From NCBI GenBank assembly GCA_030264375.1, contig JASCQW010000122.1, positions 46,436,774-46,497,379 on the forward strand: a stretch of DNA of 60,606 bases, given 5' to 3'. The position numbers and the translations under genes are program-made. This document shows positions 1 to 12,631 of this stretch, one piece after another. The stretch's first letter is position 1. Each line of letters begins with the position of its first letter. The notes under the pieces are model-generated. The model worked only from the letters and a program-made list of their open reading frames with translations. It was not told where the DNA came from and ran no database searches. The DNA is from Carcharhinus longimanus (lineage: Eukaryota).

Positions 1-290
1 TTCAATGGGCAGAGAATTCCAGAGATTCACTACCCTCTGAGAGAAGAAGTTCCTCCTCAACTCTGATCTAAACTGACCCCCGACTTATTTTGAAGCTGTG
101 CCCTCTAGTTCTGGTTTCCTTTCTAAGCGGAAAGAATCTCCCAACCTCTACCCTATCTATCCCCTGCATTATCTTATGTGTCTCTGTAAGATCACTCCTC
201 AGGCTTCTAAACTCCAACGAGTACAGGCCCAATCTACTCAATCCCTCCTCATATGCTAACCACCTCATCTCTGGTATCAACCTTGTCCTC
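1..290 (-). mobile_element. CR1/HER1-like LINE ORF2 3' fragment
   Basis: Minus frame reads YEEGLSRLGLYSLEFRSLRSDLTETHKIMQGIDRV...TRGHSFKI, a typical CR1 ORF2 C-terminus. Confidence 0.85.
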
Positions 291-1209
291 CCTCCAAGGC
301 CAATATATCCTTTCGCAACACTGTGCCCTGCTAATGTCAGGTTCATTCAAAAGACTAAATTTGTTTCAGTTATTAAAAGAGAAAATGTCATCTTCTTTAC
401 TGCATCTTACAAAAAAAAAGTTTTCCAATCCATTGTGCCATTTTTCAAGTGGTCCACATTTTGTTCCTGTGAATTTTGCTTGTCAGAGTGACCAGAAGTT
501 AGCTTTGATAATTGACCAAGTTACAAAGAAGTGCTGCTTCTTTTTGATTGTATTTCATAAATTTAAAATGGACACATAAAAAAAAACAAAATTGGTAAAG
601 GGTTTATGGCAATTAAGCTATTTTTTGAAATTCAAAATTAATTTCATTGTTGTAAATCAAAACCAAAGCCAGTTTCTGAAAAAACTGCCACTAACCCTCT
701 GAACACTATCAGTGGATCAGCTATCATCACTGCTGCACATGCAATGCATATTCACTTGCCAACAGTTTAATTTGGGTGACTATATCCACATGTTCTTGAT
801 AGAAATCTGGCTGAGGGGTGATGACATCTTCCTTCTTAATGAAATCTACCCTAATGTCCATACGTTCCACCACTTGCCCAGTAGCTTTGTGGTGGTGTTG
901 CACTTTGATCTGACGCCCAACTCAACAACAACTTATATCACGCCTTTAATGTGATGAAATGCCCCAAGGTGCTTCACATGGGGTACTGGAAAACAAAATA
1001 TGATGCCAAGCCATATTAGGTTGAATGATCAAAAACTTGGACAAGCAGGCAAGTTTTGAAGGAGTATCCTCGAGGAGGAAAGTGAGGTACAGAGGCAGAA
1101 ATTTGTGGGGAGGGAACTCATTTGGCACTTTTTCCTCCTTGGAGCAGCTCATTTTGTATCACCCCTTTCACCTCTCACTTAAAATTCTCACTCCCTTCCG
1201 CCCATCCAC

Positions 1210-1375
1210 GGGGCAGCACGATGGCATAGTGGTTAGCATTGCTGCCTCACAGTGCCAGGGACCCTGGTTCAATTCGGGTTTTGGGTCACTGTCTTGTGTG
1301 GAGTTTGCATGTTCTCCATGTGTCTACTGGGTCCTCTGTTTTCTTCCCACAGTCCAAAGATGTGCGGGTTAGGCG
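1210..1375 (+). mobile_element. HE1-type tRNA-derived SINE (5' part)
   Basis: gggcagcacgatggcatagtggttagcattgctgcctcacagtgccagggaccctggttcaatt: A and B boxes plus the shared core. Confidence 0.85.
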
Positions 1376-1636
1376 GGACCACATAAAACGCCATCAGTTA
1401 ATGTTCTCATTTGCAAAAAATGTTCATTATTCCAGGATCATCCCACTGAGACTTTGCAACTTTGGCGCAGACTGAGTTTCCCTGTTGACTTCGGTGGGAC
1501 TGGAAGATCTCACCAGGAGGAGCTGGAAAATCATACCCCTAGAATGCAAAGATAAAGACTGGCTTCTTTTCTCTTCCACAAACTATCTCAAACCACTTCC
1601 CTTTCTCCTTCAACCTCATCTCCTGTAAGAAGTTTT

Positions 1637-1748
1637 CAGACTGGCCTGAAAACACTCAATCTTGTCTGATCTTGGAAGCTAAGCAGACTCAGGTCTAGTT
1701 AGCACTTGGATGGGAGACTGCCTGGGAATATCGGGTGCAGCAGGCTTT
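1637..1748 (+). pseudogene. 5S rRNA-derived copy (5'-truncated, diverged)
   Basis: ...atcttgtctgatcttggaagctaagcagactcaggtctagttagcacttggatgggagactgcctgggaatatcgggtgcagcaggcttt aligns to vertebrate 5S rRNA from about nt 10 to the GGCTTT end. Many CpG-type substitutions. Confidence 0.9.
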
Positions 1749-2345
1749 GGGATGGCACTGTGGCACAGTGGTTCGCATTGCTGCCTCACAGTTCCAGGGA
1801 CCTGGGATAAATTCCTGGCTTGGGTCACTATATTGGCCATGCTAAATTGCCCCTTAGTGTCCTGGGATGCGTAGGTTAGAGGGATTAGAGAATCATAGGA
1901 TTAGAGAATCATAGGATCATAGAATCCTACAGTGCAGAAGGAGGCCATTCTGCCCATTGAGTCTGCACCAACCACAATCCCACCCAGGGCCTATCCCCAT
2001 AACCCCATGCATTTTACCCGAGCTATTCCCAAGGGACCAACTAGGGGGTAATTTACCATGGCCAATCCATCTAACCCGCACATCTTTGGACTGTGGAGAA
2101 AACCGGAGCACCCAGAAGAAATCCATGAAGACATGGAGAGAATATGCAAACTCCACACAGACGGTGACCCAAGCTAGGAATTGAACTCAGGTCCCTGGCA
2201 CTGTGAGGCAGCAGTGTTAACCACTGTGCTACTGTGTTGCAGGATAAGCATATGGGGTTATAGGGATAGATCCTAGGTGTGATTGTTGTTGGTGCAGACT
2301 TGATGGACCAAATGGCTTCCTTCTGCATTGTTGGGTTTCTATGAT
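1749..2345 (+). mobile_element. HE1-type SINE split by a nested antisense copy
   Basis: Head at 1749-1887. The body resumes at about 2238 and ends in a ctatgatt tail. Confidence 0.75.
1888..2237 (-). mobile_element. HE1-type SINE, full length, nested
   Basis: Reverse complement of the HE1 head at 2180-2237. Tail (agaatcatag repeats) at 1888-1930. Confidence 0.85.
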
Positions 2346-4209
2346 TATAAGTGTGAGAAGCTCATGGACTCTGTGTTACTAAGACCAAGGCCATTCAGTC
2401 AGCTGCCTTTGCCATGCCCCTCCCTTTCACTAGTCAATCATTACCTACAGTTCCCTCCCTAGCACAACAGCCACATCTTTCTCCTCTCTCCCCTCTTCAA
2501 GCTCAACTTGGCCACGAGACCCACCTTGTGCTCCATCAACCCTATTCCCACTGAAGTACAGACCACCTAACTAACCCTCCTCATCCCCCATTGGCCGATA
2601 TTAATGGGTCCCTCTCTTTAAGTGTTATCGCTCTCTCTCTCTTTTAAATCTGTTGATGTCACACCTCTCCTCAAGAAAGCAGACACCACCATCCTTGCAA
2701 ACAACTACCCCATCTCCAACCTCCTTTCCTCTCTAAAGTCCCTGAAGCAGTCATCATCTCCCAAAGACATGCCCAGCTTTCCCAGAATCCTGGAGAAATT
2801 TTCCCCTCCCAGTCTCCATGGGAATTGTAGGCAGACCATGCAAAGGTCCACTGATCTCGGGTGGAATTTTCTGGTTTTGGAGTGAGCGCAGCTGGGAAAA
2901 TCACGCCCAGTGTGCACGAATGCCTCCAGTCAGTTTTCAGCCCATGCCACAGTCCTGAAATGGATCTCAGCAAAATCACAAATGATGTTGTATGTGACTA
3001 TGGCAAAGATTAAACATCTGTTCTCTTCTTTCTCGGCTTATCTTTGACCTTTGCTAGGGTTGATCGCACTACCTTTCTCCAACACTTCTCCACTGCCATC
3101 CAGCTGGGTGGGATTGCACTCACATGGTTCCATTCTAACTAATTGGAGCCAGAGAATCACCTACAATGACTTCTCTTCCTCTTTCTGCACTGTTTCCTCT
3201 GCTATCCTCTAAGGATTTATCCATGTCCCCTTTCTATTCCTCATCTATATGCTATCCCCTCGGCAACATCATCTTAAAGCAAAGTGTTAGTTTTCACACG
3301 CGCGCCAACAAAGCCAGCTCTACCCCGTCATGACCTCTCGCAACTCAACTGTTGCTAAAATATCAGATTACTTATCTGACATCCAGTATTGGATGAGCAG
3401 AAGCTTCCTCTAGTTAAATATTGAGAGGACAGGAGCCATTGTTTCTCCTCCTGCTCCAAACGTATTTTTTGAGAATAGACTAGTCTTTTCACAACTTAGT
3501 GTCACATTTGACTCCAAAGCGAGCTTCCAATCACATACTAATGCCATCACTGATGATATTTCCATCTCAGTAACACTGCCCAGCCTCCCTCCTATTTCAG
3601 TTCATCTGCTGCTCATTAATGCTTTTGTTTGCTTTGAGATTTGGCTATTCTAAATCACTGCTGGCTGGATTTCCATATTCTATCCTCATAAATTTAAGGT
3701 CATCCAAAACATGTCTTAACTTGACAGAATCCTGATCACCTGTGTTTGCTGACCTACATTGGCTCCCCATCAAGCAAGGTCTAGACTTTAAAATTCTCAT
3801 CCTTTTTTAAAATTCCACCATCACTGGAATCTCCTCCAGCCCCACAGTGATCATTTCATTCGAGTCTCTTGAAAATCGCTGACCTTCATTGCTCCGCCAC
3901 TGGTGGCTGCACCTTCAATTGCCTAGAACTTATAGCTCTCCACCACCTCATGCCTTCATCCTTTACTTTCTTCACAAAGCTCTCGGTCTTCTGACATAAT
4001 ACGGTTACTCAGATTTTACACCACTATCTAAGTTTTTGCAACAGAAAGCCTCTCCATTGTTGTAAAAATGGCAGTAGTGGCTGAAATACACAAGACCCAA
4101 GCACAAACATGACTGTTCCTGCCTTTGCATGGGCAGGAATGGGGCCGGGTCTGGATGTTTCATGGAGATGCTGGCTATATAAAACAACAGCTGCCTCCAG
4201 TCATGACAT

Positions 4210-5192
4210 GTGATATATATAAATGATTTGGAAGAAGATGTAGCTGGTCTGATTAGTAAGTTTGCGGATGACACAAAGACTGCTGGAATTGTGGATAGTG
4301 ATGAACATTGTCAGAGTATACAGCAGGATATAGATAGGTTGGAAAATTGGGCAGAGAAGNNNNNNNNNNNNNNNNNNNNNNNNNNNNNNNNNNNNNNNNN
4401 NNNNNNNNNNNNNNNNNNNNNNNNNNNNNNNNNNNNNNNNNNNNNNNNNNNNNNNNNNNAATAAATGGCAGAACCATCAAAAGTATAGACACACACAAGG
4501 ATCTGGGTGGGCAAGTCCACAGATCCTTAAAGGTGGCAACACAAGTGGAAAAGGTAGTGAAGGAGGCATATGACATGCTTGCCTTTATTGGACGGGGCAT
4601 AAGAGTATAAAAGTTGGCATATGATGTTGCAGTTAGATAGAGCATTGGTTACACCACATTTGGGACACTGCGTCCAGTTCTGGTCGCCACACTACCAGAA
4701 GGACGTGAAGGCTTTGGAGAGAGTGCAGAAAAGGTTTACCAGGATGTTGCCTGGTATGGAGAGTATTAGCTACGAGGTGAGATTGAATAAACTAGGGTTG
4801 TTCTCTCTGAAAAGACGGAGGTTGAGGGGTGACATAATAGAATTTTATAAAATTATGAAGGGCATAGATAGGATGAACAGTTGGAAGCTTTTTCCCAGGT
4901 CGGACATGACAAACACAAGGGGTCACACGTTTAGGGTANNNNNNNNNNCCCCCCCCACCCCCCCCCCCCCCCCCCCACATTTTACACAGAGGGTGAGGGG
5001 GGCCTGGAATGCACTATCAAGCAAGGTGGTTGAGGCAGACACACTAGGATCATTTAAGACTTATTTAGATAGCCACATGAACCGACTGGGAATATGGGGA
5101 TACAAACAGATGGTCTAGTAAGGAACAAATGATCGGTGCAGGCTTGGAGGGCCGAAGGGCCTGTTCCTGTGCTGTATTGTTCTTTGTTCTAT
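4210..5192 (+). mobile_element. CR1/HER1-like LINE RT and 3' end
   Basis: IYINDL...ISKFADDTK and VQFWSPHYQKDVKALERVQKRFTRMLPG motifs; tail gttctttgttctat. Confidence 0.92.
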
Positions 5193-5199
5193 GTGTAGG

Positions 5200-5722
5200 C
5201 TGCATTTACAGCCTTCTGGACTGAACATCAAGTTCTACAACTTCAGAGGATGAACTCTCTCCTCCATCTTCACCGCATTTCCATTTGTTATATTTCATTT
5301 CATCTCATTCGTTCATTTTATCATTCTTCTTTCTCACACCTATTTTTCCACTTCTCCATTCTAACTCTCCTTCTTTCCACACTCTCCCCTCCCCCACTTC
5401 AGTGCGACTGCCACATTCCTCAGGCAGTCCTTCAACAATCTGTACCTCTGTTCTGTCATTTTCGCATTCTGACCACTCAATGAACACTTTTAGCACCTTC
5501 CCAGTCTTCCGCATCCTCATTTGCATTCCTTTTAACCAATTCAACCCCCCTCCCCATCCTTATAGTATAAATCTCTGCTGATTCTCTTTGCTCTCAGCTC
5601 TGATGAAGGGTCATCGAGACTCTAAACATTGGCTCTATTCTCTCCCCACAGATGCTGTCAGACTTGCTCAGATTTTCCAGCATTTTCTGTTTTTGTTTCA
5701 GCATCTGCAGTATTTTGCTTCT
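5200..5722 (+). mobile_element. Penelope-like element 3' end (GIY-YIG C-terminus, pyrimidine-rich UTR, decayed hammerhead)
   Basis: LQPSGLNIKFYNFR at about 5206-5247. agctCTGATGAagggtcatcgagactcTAAAcattggct at 5596-5634. Confidence 0.7.
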
Positions 5723-7357
5723 CCCTTAGTAAAGACTAGGTCAATGACTTTCCTAGAATATTGCTGAATATCACAAACTGTTTCAATTTACCAGGATCCG
5801 AGAGAGAAGGTACAGATGGACACCAAAAAAGTCTCTGTGGTTCGTCATGCAAAAACATGGATGGATTGAAAAAACTAAATCCATGGGGAGTTAAAAGGAG
5901 GCCAGAAGAGTCACCTAGATTGGACGAGAGGGAAAGTCTCTAAGAAACGAGAAACCCTCGCAGAGAGAGACAGTTCTAATATTGCCAGGCTAAGAAAAGA
6001 ACAGAAATAAACACTCAGGAGCTAAGACTCGCTCTTGACTGATTTTGGGAAAATTGCATAGACATGCGAAGGACGGTGTAAACTATACCTGTGAAGCATG
6101 ATTTGTTTCCTGAGTTGGGCTAAAACTAAGAAGGGGCTATTCCATTCTATGTTCTAAAATTATAAGTTTCCTATATAATTTTTAGTTATTGGTATTTTCA
6201 CTCATGTATTACAGTAAACATTTCAAAATGTAAAATCCTGATATGTTGTTTATTTCTAAACGTTATCAGTATCTTTGTAAAAAGATACATAAATATTAGG
6301 TATTACACAAAGTAAATCCAGATTATTGGTTCAAAGTAAACGAGAAAAGTGGGACTGTCAACAGCAGGTTCAATGAATGAAAAGTTAACTTAGATCTGAT
6401 ATTAGAAAACCATCTTAAGGAAAGAATAACAAATGTCAGACCTGGTCTACCAAAAATATTAGCCAGGTAAAGTCATCGTGATGATCCATGGCATTACTTC
6501 CAACCTACTCGAGCGTTGTTTCTACCTTGTTTTGCTTTCTCATTGTTCCGATCGTCACTCAACCTTTGATTCCTATCAACCCCATTTCCCTAACTCCCAA
6601 CCCCTCACAGCATGCCTCCCATCCTCATCCAGCCGATTGCTGCCTTCTGCCTGAAACCGACGAGTAACTTGCCAGCAATTGACCTGGACGGAGAAGAAAA
6701 TCAGGCAGGCTAGAAAGCCACCAGCCTAACCATTATGGTAAGTTAGCATACCCCAGTGGCCCAACCATTGATTCTAATTAAAGCACACATTCTTCATAAA
6801 ATTACATGCTTTCTGTCATTCACAAGCAATTTTAAATACATAACAATAAAAGCAGGTGTGTTCTTGTTGATTAGAATACAATAATTTGGCTATTTCCTGG
6901 GTAATTTTGCAATGGACGTCTTATACTGGCACCTTCTCATTGAACCGGATCTCACCTGCATAAAGATTGCAGTTAATCATATTCTATTGGCAATAAACCC
7001 ACCACATCAGCAAACCAGAAATGAAATAGCTCTTTTCGTACACCGGTAAAAATAAATCTTAGTTACTTTCCTTGATTTACAACGTAATTTATTACCTATC
7101 AACTTAGGTTATTTAACTGTTCATGAAATTTTATGTGAGCTCTAAAATTGTTAGTTTATGAGACATTAGGTTAAGATATAATCAGATGTGTAATCACGTA
7201 TTCCTCGCCTGTGATGTTGCATCACAGACTAACTCGATTTCTTATTAAGTTGATCATTATCTAAGTCACAAGTATTTAAAGTTAACATGCAATCAGAACG
7301 TGCACTGACAAATAAAATGACTAGTAAACCATATTAAAAGAAAAGCCATGTACTTAC

Positions 7358-7366
7358 TCCTTAAAT
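7358..7366 (-). CDS. PCDH15: Protocadherin-15 9-nt juxtamembrane microexon, (Q)FK(E/D)
   Basis: Minus strand reads TTCTTTCTTGTTCCTTCTCATTATTGCATTATATCAG|ATTTAAGGA|GTAAGTA. Phase 2 to 2 continues YRQ into FK, as in mammalian YRQFKV. Confidence 0.85.
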
Positions 7367-10300
7367 CTGATATAATGCAATAATGAGAAGGAACAAGAAA
7401 GAATATTGTTAAACAATTTCTTGTGCTTTCGGTTAAGAACTCATTTCATGCTGTGCACATGTTATCAATGGCCCCACAGTAGGGCTGAAATTATGAGCTT
7501 CTGCCATAGGCACACATGCAGGTTGGAGATAGCGATGGAACATAGATCTTCTGGTTGTATAATCTGAACTCATCAATAGTGAGGATTTGAGCTGGCAGGA
7601 GTCTCAGAATTTCAGCGCTCATATGTAAGGTACCATTTTAATCACTTCCATTAGCAATGCTGAGCCAAAAACCATCTGGAACAAGAAAATAACACGACTA
7701 TTCAGTTTCACCCTTCAATGCCGTATTAGGGTGCTTGAAAACAAACCAAACTCTGATCCCCCTACAAATACTTTCAATTCGGGGAGTCAACAAACTGTGC
7801 TCATGACATGCAAATTCAATTGCCAAACAGCGCAACACTGACATACATCAACAGAGAAAATGAACACAATGCCGTTATCTGCAAANNNNNNNNNNNNNNN
7901 NNNNAAATGAAATTGAAACAGAATCAGAAGTGTGACGCTCTGATGCTGCTGAGTGAGTCTCGGATAATTTGTTGTGCAGTGAGAGGCATAACCTGTGATG
8001 AGCTAGAGAATTTTAAAGAGGGAAAATCACGTGCAAATTTAGAAGGCCAGCAAATAGGTTAGAGCATATTCAGGGGTGCACAGTGTTGAAGGTTGGAAGC
8101 ACGTAGATTTCAAGCCATCTGCCCTGAGGTGCTGTCAATTGAAAGCCGGCATGCAGCATCATTGTTTAGTCAATGTTGCAAGACTTCTAAGGTCTGTTGG
8201 GGAGTTGCACCTATGTGAGACTGGGCTGCCTGTCTCTTTAGCTACAAGAGGATAGGGGTACAAAGGTGTGCAGGTTAGGTGCATCGGCCATGCTAAATTG
8301 GTCCTTAGCATCCAGAGATGTGCAGGTTAGGGGGATTAGCATCAAATATGCGGGTTATGGGGATAGGATGGAGGGGACGGTCCAAGGTGGAATGCAGACT
8401 CAATGGGCTGAATGGCCTCTTTCTGCACTGTAGGGGTTCTATGGTTCTTTGGCTCAGTCAGTTGGCTCTATTTACTTTGGTAAGATGGGTATGGAGGGAT
8501 ATGGGCCAAACGCAGGCAATTGGGACTAGCTTAGGGGTTTTAAAAGAAAGGGTGGCATGCACAAGTTGGGCTGAAGGGCCTGTTTCCATGCTGTAAACCT
8601 CTATGACTCTAGATCATCTGGGATTTAAAAATAGATGGATTTATACCAACCCAGGCATTCGAGTGAATATTCTTTACAGAATCATCAGTACCTTGCAAAT
8701 CTAGTCACCATCATACATCGAAAGACAAACAAAGCTGGTGCGTGGAAATGCAATCACCTCCAGATTTCCCCTCCAAGTCGCTTGGATGTATATATTGCCA
8801 TTCCATCAATTTTACTGAGTCATATTCCAGGAACTCCCTATCTAAAAGCACCGGGGAGCAACATCACCTCACAGGCTGCAGTTCAGGCTGGTTTGCAAAG
8901 AAGGTCAGCACCTCGTCAAAGGTAGCTAGGAATAGGCAAAAGAATGCTTTTCTTGGCAGCAATGCCTGAAAGTAAATTTTAAAATTGGGATGTATACACC
9001 CCACCGTTACCCATCTTGTGCGTTATGTTGAGATTTCTTTGTGATGCCAATCATGGGTCAAATTTCTAACTGACACCGCCTAAACCCAAGAATACTGGCC
9101 ATTGCTGCAGTGGGGATGGGGGAATGAGGTCATCAAATGCAGAGTCATCACATTCATAGATTATATCATCATTCATGGAGATAACACATAGGCCCATCAC
9201 GGTTTGAGGTGGGAGGGCACAGCAGGGAGTGCAAGCAACTGAGACACACAGTGAGCAGGAGCAGAGTGAAAAATAAATATGAAAATCAACTTCTGTTTTC
9301 TGTCTCCCAATCAGTTTGAGGCTGCAGCAGATAGGGAAAGGAACAAGCACTAGCTCCTTCCAATGTGTTTCTACGGTAAGAGTACAAAGACAAAAAATTC
9401 CAGATGCTGATGTCATCCAGTACCAGACACTGTTCAGACCAGTTAAAAATCAGACTGTTCAGAGCTGTCCAGTGCAGAGATAGTACTGGGGGCAGATGTG
9501 CCCACAATTGCAGCCGGCATGTTCCTACTTCTGAGCCATTTCCGAACATGCCAGCTTCAGTGGGTTGTTGGCTTCCTACTCAGAAGTGACGGGTAGCCAA
9601 TTAAGTTCCTTTAGATCCTATTAAGTCCATTGGGCAGACACCAACCAGAACTTTTCAGTCAGCCAACAAACCGCCCCCCCGCCTGCAAAAGGCCGAATCC
9701 TGGCCAATGTATAGAGATTGCCTACCACAGGCAGACCAGCTCTACCTACCATTTTAACACCCGTTCTCACCATGTAGCCATAAGCGCAAAATGGCCACAC
9801 CTGTGGCCACAAGCCACACTGTGAAGGGGGGCCCCACCACAATCATGGGTTGGCAGCTGTGTCCGCTTGGTAAATTTTTAAGAGGTCTTCAGAAAGCCTC
9901 TGCAGCTTGAGACTCCCTCTCTCCTACCTACATGGGAACTCCCACCTCTGACGACAGAGCTGTTCAATGTCAGCTCAGGAGGTCCTCCTGTGGACCCCTC
10001 AGCCTCAAGAGCCCAGCCTCCCTTCCTAATTGGATAGCAAGAGTGCACCCAGCCACTGACTGGCCTATGTTCTAAAAAATCATGTTGGACCTCAGGCACT
10101 GATGTGATACAGGGCGGAGAGCCCAAAAACGCAGCCAACATTGGAGTCCCCGTCCCATGATAAAAATTCAGTCCATAGCTCCATCAACTGTGCAAGCTGC
10201 AAGGAGCCAACTATTAAATTCCCCTTACAGTGGGCGAGTCATGCTTAATGATTTGCCATCCAGATGGCTGTGGAGAAACTGAGAACCAATCTGGAGGGAA

Positions 10301-10464
10301 TTGAATTCTGTTCAACTGCACACAGCAAGTCAAATGTACTCTATCACTGGGCCAGCCAACATTGATTAAAGGTGACACAGTGGCAAAATGCTTCAATTCA
10401 AGATATAATGAATTAAATCACAGGTGTTAGTTACCGCATAAAAGTGCATCAGGTGTGTACTCAC

Positions 10465-10683
10465 TGTCTGTAGGTAACCATAACAATCAGAATTGCAGGT
10501 AAGCAGCAGAGGATGATAATGATAGCCAGAGCCAGCAGAGCACCTTCCGTGTAGCCCACCGCTTGTGCCTGTTTCTGTACATTTGCCACCACGCCCGGCA
10601 TTCGAATTTCCAGAATACGACCTCCTTGTCCTAAGTATGGCTGAAAGTCTTTATTTATATCTAGGAGTTTGCCATCCAGGAAT
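10465..10683 (-). CDS. PCDH15: Protocadherin-15 exon (end of MAD12 plus transmembrane helix), 219 nt
   Basis: GTTAAAG|A TTC CTG GAT... to ...TAC AGA CA|GTGAG. Translates [72 protein letters not shown](Q). Phase 2 to 2. Confidence 0.96.
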
Positions 10684-10907
10684 CTTTAACGATCACAAAC
10701 ATGAATGAATTATGGAAGAGTAAGGTGCTTACATTAAAAATGGAATTAATATTTATAGAGTTGCTGGGTTGTGTAGAAATGATGACAAAGGGCTAACAAC
10801 TTAAATGGTTAACTTGGAGCTCTTTAGTAGCTCTGACATGCTGAGTCCCACGTGACTGACATCACCTCCTGTGTACAGGTCATCACAATATACAACATGA
10901 ACACACA

Positions 10908-11043
10908 GGGTGCGATCTTACCGGCTGCTCGTGTCACACTCCCACTGCAGCAAGGTCGGAGAATTTAGGGCCCAGCCATATCTCTGTTCACTGCAGCGGG
11001 ATAGGAAAATCCCGTCGGTGTGAATGGCCGTAACATTCTGGCC
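10908..11043. mobile_element. Short non-autonomous DNA transposon (MITE, probably PIF/Harbinger type)
   Basis: Imperfect terminal inverted repeats gggtgcgatcttaccggc...gccgtaacattctggcc, with 'aca' on both flanks. Confidence 0.6.
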
Positions 11044-12631
11044 ACAGTCTACAATACTGGTGTTAACTTGGCTCTTTTCAAAAAACAATCACCTTTCGTG
11101 TTCCTGCTACTCACTGGGATCTATAGGTCATTGCCACTACCATGTTACTGCATTCAAGTTCAAAAAGGCAAATTAGTGCTGTGTGATAACTTTGCTAGCG
11201 ACTTCCACATCTAAGTCATATATACAAGTGAAAAATATAAATGAACTGTTAGTAAGGAGTGGTGAAATGAGAGGGGAAAAGAAACTTAATACAGAGAAGT
11301 GTAAAGTATACCTTTGTGGTTGAAAGAATTAGGAAAAGTAATGTAAAGAACTGGTACATTTTTAAAGAAGTGGAAGCAGAGGGTGCAGGGGTGTAAAGAA
11401 TCACATATTTATATAATACCTTTAACATACAGGTGTAACATCAAACAGTCTTTGTCAGAACTTTTTATTTGGAGGCGTGGATTGATGGAAGAAAAATTTA
11501 TTTTGCAGCTTCCATGGTGTTAATCCCACCGTTTTATGTTTCTTTCAATAGAAATAATCAAAAATGCTAATTCTCTTCTTCTTTCACAAGGTTAATTGAT
11601 CTATGGGGATTTCTATTTTAGCCTTACGCGTGGCATTCTGGCCAATCAGGGCTTCGTGGCAGAGATGCTCATGTCTGGGCTTCTCATGTGGTAGGGAAGG
11701 AGAGCAGAAATAGTAAAAATTGCTGCTTTGAACTTTTTTTTTGCTTTTCTTTCAGTTTTAATGAGCATCTATGTCATCACTGTTCCTAAACAATTGCAAA
11801 GAACATCCTCCATAGCTCTCATTAATGAGCACATAGGGACAAACATCACAAATGCTTGAATGTCGACAAATGACCAGCCTCCCAGAACATCTTCATGTGA
11901 CACGGTGCCTTTATAAGAATTTGAAGTTTGCAATACATTTAAAATCCTGCTATGCATGTCTCATTAAAAAAAAGAGACTGAAGAGAAGATAGGCATCACA
12001 TTTTGTAAAAATCCAGTAAAGGGTGTCTAGTACATTGAACTGTTTACAAATGAGTATACAGTCAGACAGCTCTCCGAGGTCCATTGTCGAAAGAGGTCCA
12101 TTGTTTGATTGGATATAGACCATCATTTAGGAAGTTTGTTAAAAACCTGAGATGCCACATCTGATGCTGACATGAAAAGTCAGTGCTTATTGTGCAGACT
12201 AATGAATGAAAAATATCACAGCCTATCTCTTCCACTTCTGATACTGTAGGGGAGATTTAAATATACATAGGCAAGGCGAAATAATAGTCCATGCACTGCT
12301 TTAAGAATAAGAGAATCTGTAATGTTACCATATAAACACAATACGTGTGAATGACATTCAGCTACTGCTATTAGCTCAGTAAACGGGATAACATCTCCAT
12401 TAAAATAAATAACAAAGCACATCACACAAATGTATTAGACACTCATACATTATTAATCAGCAGCAGTGAACCCTAATTTTCCTGTTTAATACAGATGTTC
12501 CCCACAATAAAAGGTCTTTAATTAATTGTGCCAACTTTCAACAGAAGACAGATATCTGCCGCACATGGTAATTCCAGATAAACACAAAACCTGGGCAAAT
12601 TTTGAAAGAATTAATAATGCACTGCACTTAC

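Larger units (their letters stand above)
690..3990 (+). mobile_element. Old fragmented L2-type LINE (endonuclease and RT remnants) interrupted by younger repeats
   Basis: ETWL-like motif near 800. Degenerate LDLSAAFDTVDH, GVPQGSILGPLLFLIYMLPLG, YADDTQLY and WMSRNFLQLN motifs at about 3020-3430. Confidence 0.7.

Noticed and set aside
1637-1748. Functional 5S rRNA gene
   Set aside because: The 5' end is missing, there are many substitutions, and there is no tandem array.
1-7357. Next PCDH15 exon (RQAEC.KTARIQ...)
   Set aside because: Not recognised here; it probably lies beyond the window start.
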